Assembly: GCA_001949185.1 (NCBI GenBank)
Contig: BDGG01000002.1
Coordinates: 5,570,448 to 5,634,447 of the forward strand
Reading direction: 5' to 3'
Source: Ramazzottius varieornatus
Lineage: Eukaryota; Animalia; Tardigrada
Length of the DNA stretch: 64,000 bases
The position numbers were made by a program, and so were the translations under genes. Shown in pieces: positions 62,732 through 64,000 of this stretch. Position 1 is the stretch's first letter. Each line of letters starts with the position of its first letter. The notes below the pieces were generated by a model, which saw nothing but the letters and a program-made list of their open reading frames with translations, was not told the DNA's origin and did no database searches.

Positions 62732-64000
62732 CTAATGCCTTCTGTTGAAGAACAAACTACTTTGACTGGTGCTCATATAGTGTGGCTCCCAAATAGGTGG
62801 CTCCTGCTGGACTGTGTCAAATCGAGCTGACGGTGTCTGGTCTTCCAAGTTCCACGACTGCGAATGTTCGTCGGTGAAGTTGGTTCTTGGGTCGCTGACA
62901 TGACCATTCCGCCCATTAGAAAGATCGTACGCTTGGTAAACTGTAGAACTGTCAAGACCCCAGTTGTTACTTGGCCTTTGTTGTACATTGTAGAATCGGG
63001 GTTCGTGCTCTTCTGGAGCATAACTTCCCAGATCGAACGCGGGCGCCACCACTCGACTGTCGGATCCCTTATATTTGATATAGCCATGACTGTCAACGCT
63101 GGGACCTGTAAACAAGGAGAAAAGTCATAATCAAAAGGGATTTTTCTGCACAGTGTGCTCGTACCCTTTTTACCTGTAGAGAAGTCTAGGAGCTGTGCGG
63201 TATCCATCTCTGCACCTCCATTACTGGAAGCCCTGCTGGAAGATGGTGTCGGGTAAGGTGGAGTGAAGGATCCGGGGTGTCTTTCGGACGCCCCAACCAA
63301 GCTTTCCCGGCGTGATGGCGTTGGTGAGTTCTGTAGAGAGCTACAGTATCGAAGCGAGTTGGCTCTTTGCAACAACGATGACGAACCACATCCATCAGTG
63401 GTAACCCTCTCCGAGCCATTGTCTTCGGAAGTGATCGGAGTAATTAAGGACTGAGATCGTCGATGTGTAGGAAGTTTCTGGGCTGTATTCTTCTTTACGA
63501 CACCGGTCCTCGGTTCGCCCGATACCGTTGCCGCAGTGTCCGTGCTTGTGCCGCTTGCTTTCGGGCGGCGACCCACCTTCGAAGCTATATTCAAGTTTAG
63601 AGTTTATAATCAACATGTGCAAGGCAATTTAGAAGAATGGAATAGGTAAGCAATTGAAGCAAGATGATTCATGCCTTACCGCTTCGGGACATTCCCATTC
63701 GTACACACTTCTTCAGCCGGCAAAACTGGCATGAATTTCGTGCGAAACGAGTTATCTCGCACTCCTCGTTGTTGGTACATTTCTGATTCATCCCTTTCAC
63801 CATGCATCGGCGAAAAAAACCCTGGAACAAAGAGAACATGTCAAGCCGCAATAAAAATCAGACATGTTCCCTTCCGCCCAGAAAATGAAGTTTCTTGTAC
63901 CCTCACGCCATTTAGCACAACCCGTTATTTTTTCACGATTTTTTGTGAATGCGAAAATCAGGAAGTCATGCAACGCCGGTATACTCACTTTGCATCCCTC
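62732..64000 (-). CDS. Nuclear hormone receptor (C4 zinc finger), 5'-truncated by the window edge; no ligand-binding domain seen
   Basis: EGCK|GFFRRCMVKGMNQKCTNNEECEITRFARNSCQFCRLKKCVRMGMSRS|ASKVGRRPK; exons 64000-63989, 63821-63680, 63584-63174, 63105-62732. Confidence 0.88.

Overview
Eukaryotic, gene-dense animal DNA with short (mostly ~50-110 nt) spliceosomal introns. It is probably a compact-genome protostome invertebrate, inferred from the Cav3 exon 12a/12b arrangement. About 16 intron-containing genes were assembled by hand from the ORF fragments. In order: PAM16(+), EXOC4/Sec8(-), an unknown small gene(+), T-type calcium channel Cav3(-), IDH3G(+), SLC41 Mg2+ transporter(+), Ly6/quiver-like GPI protein(-), BORCS6(+), PRPF18(-), TAF7(+), CELSR/flamingo(-), PNPLA8(-), a secreted Cys-repeat protein(-), METTL13(-), a secreted Gly/Arg-rich prepropeptide(-), and the 3' part of a nuclear receptor that appears to lack a ligand-binding domain(-). 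The Cav3 locus is the most notable part. (1) Its first coding intron has AT-AC ends at the ancestral minor-intron position but carries major-spliceosome (U2-type) signals. (2) It has mutually exclusive domain II turret exons with atypical cysteine patterns. (3) These exons are flanked by RBFOX (UGCAUG) plus GUGUG elements. Also present: an intronic ~120-140 bp MITE-like family, a 35-bp CCAAT minisatellite and a 51-N assembly gap. Gene spans include introns, and exon boundaries were read by eye.
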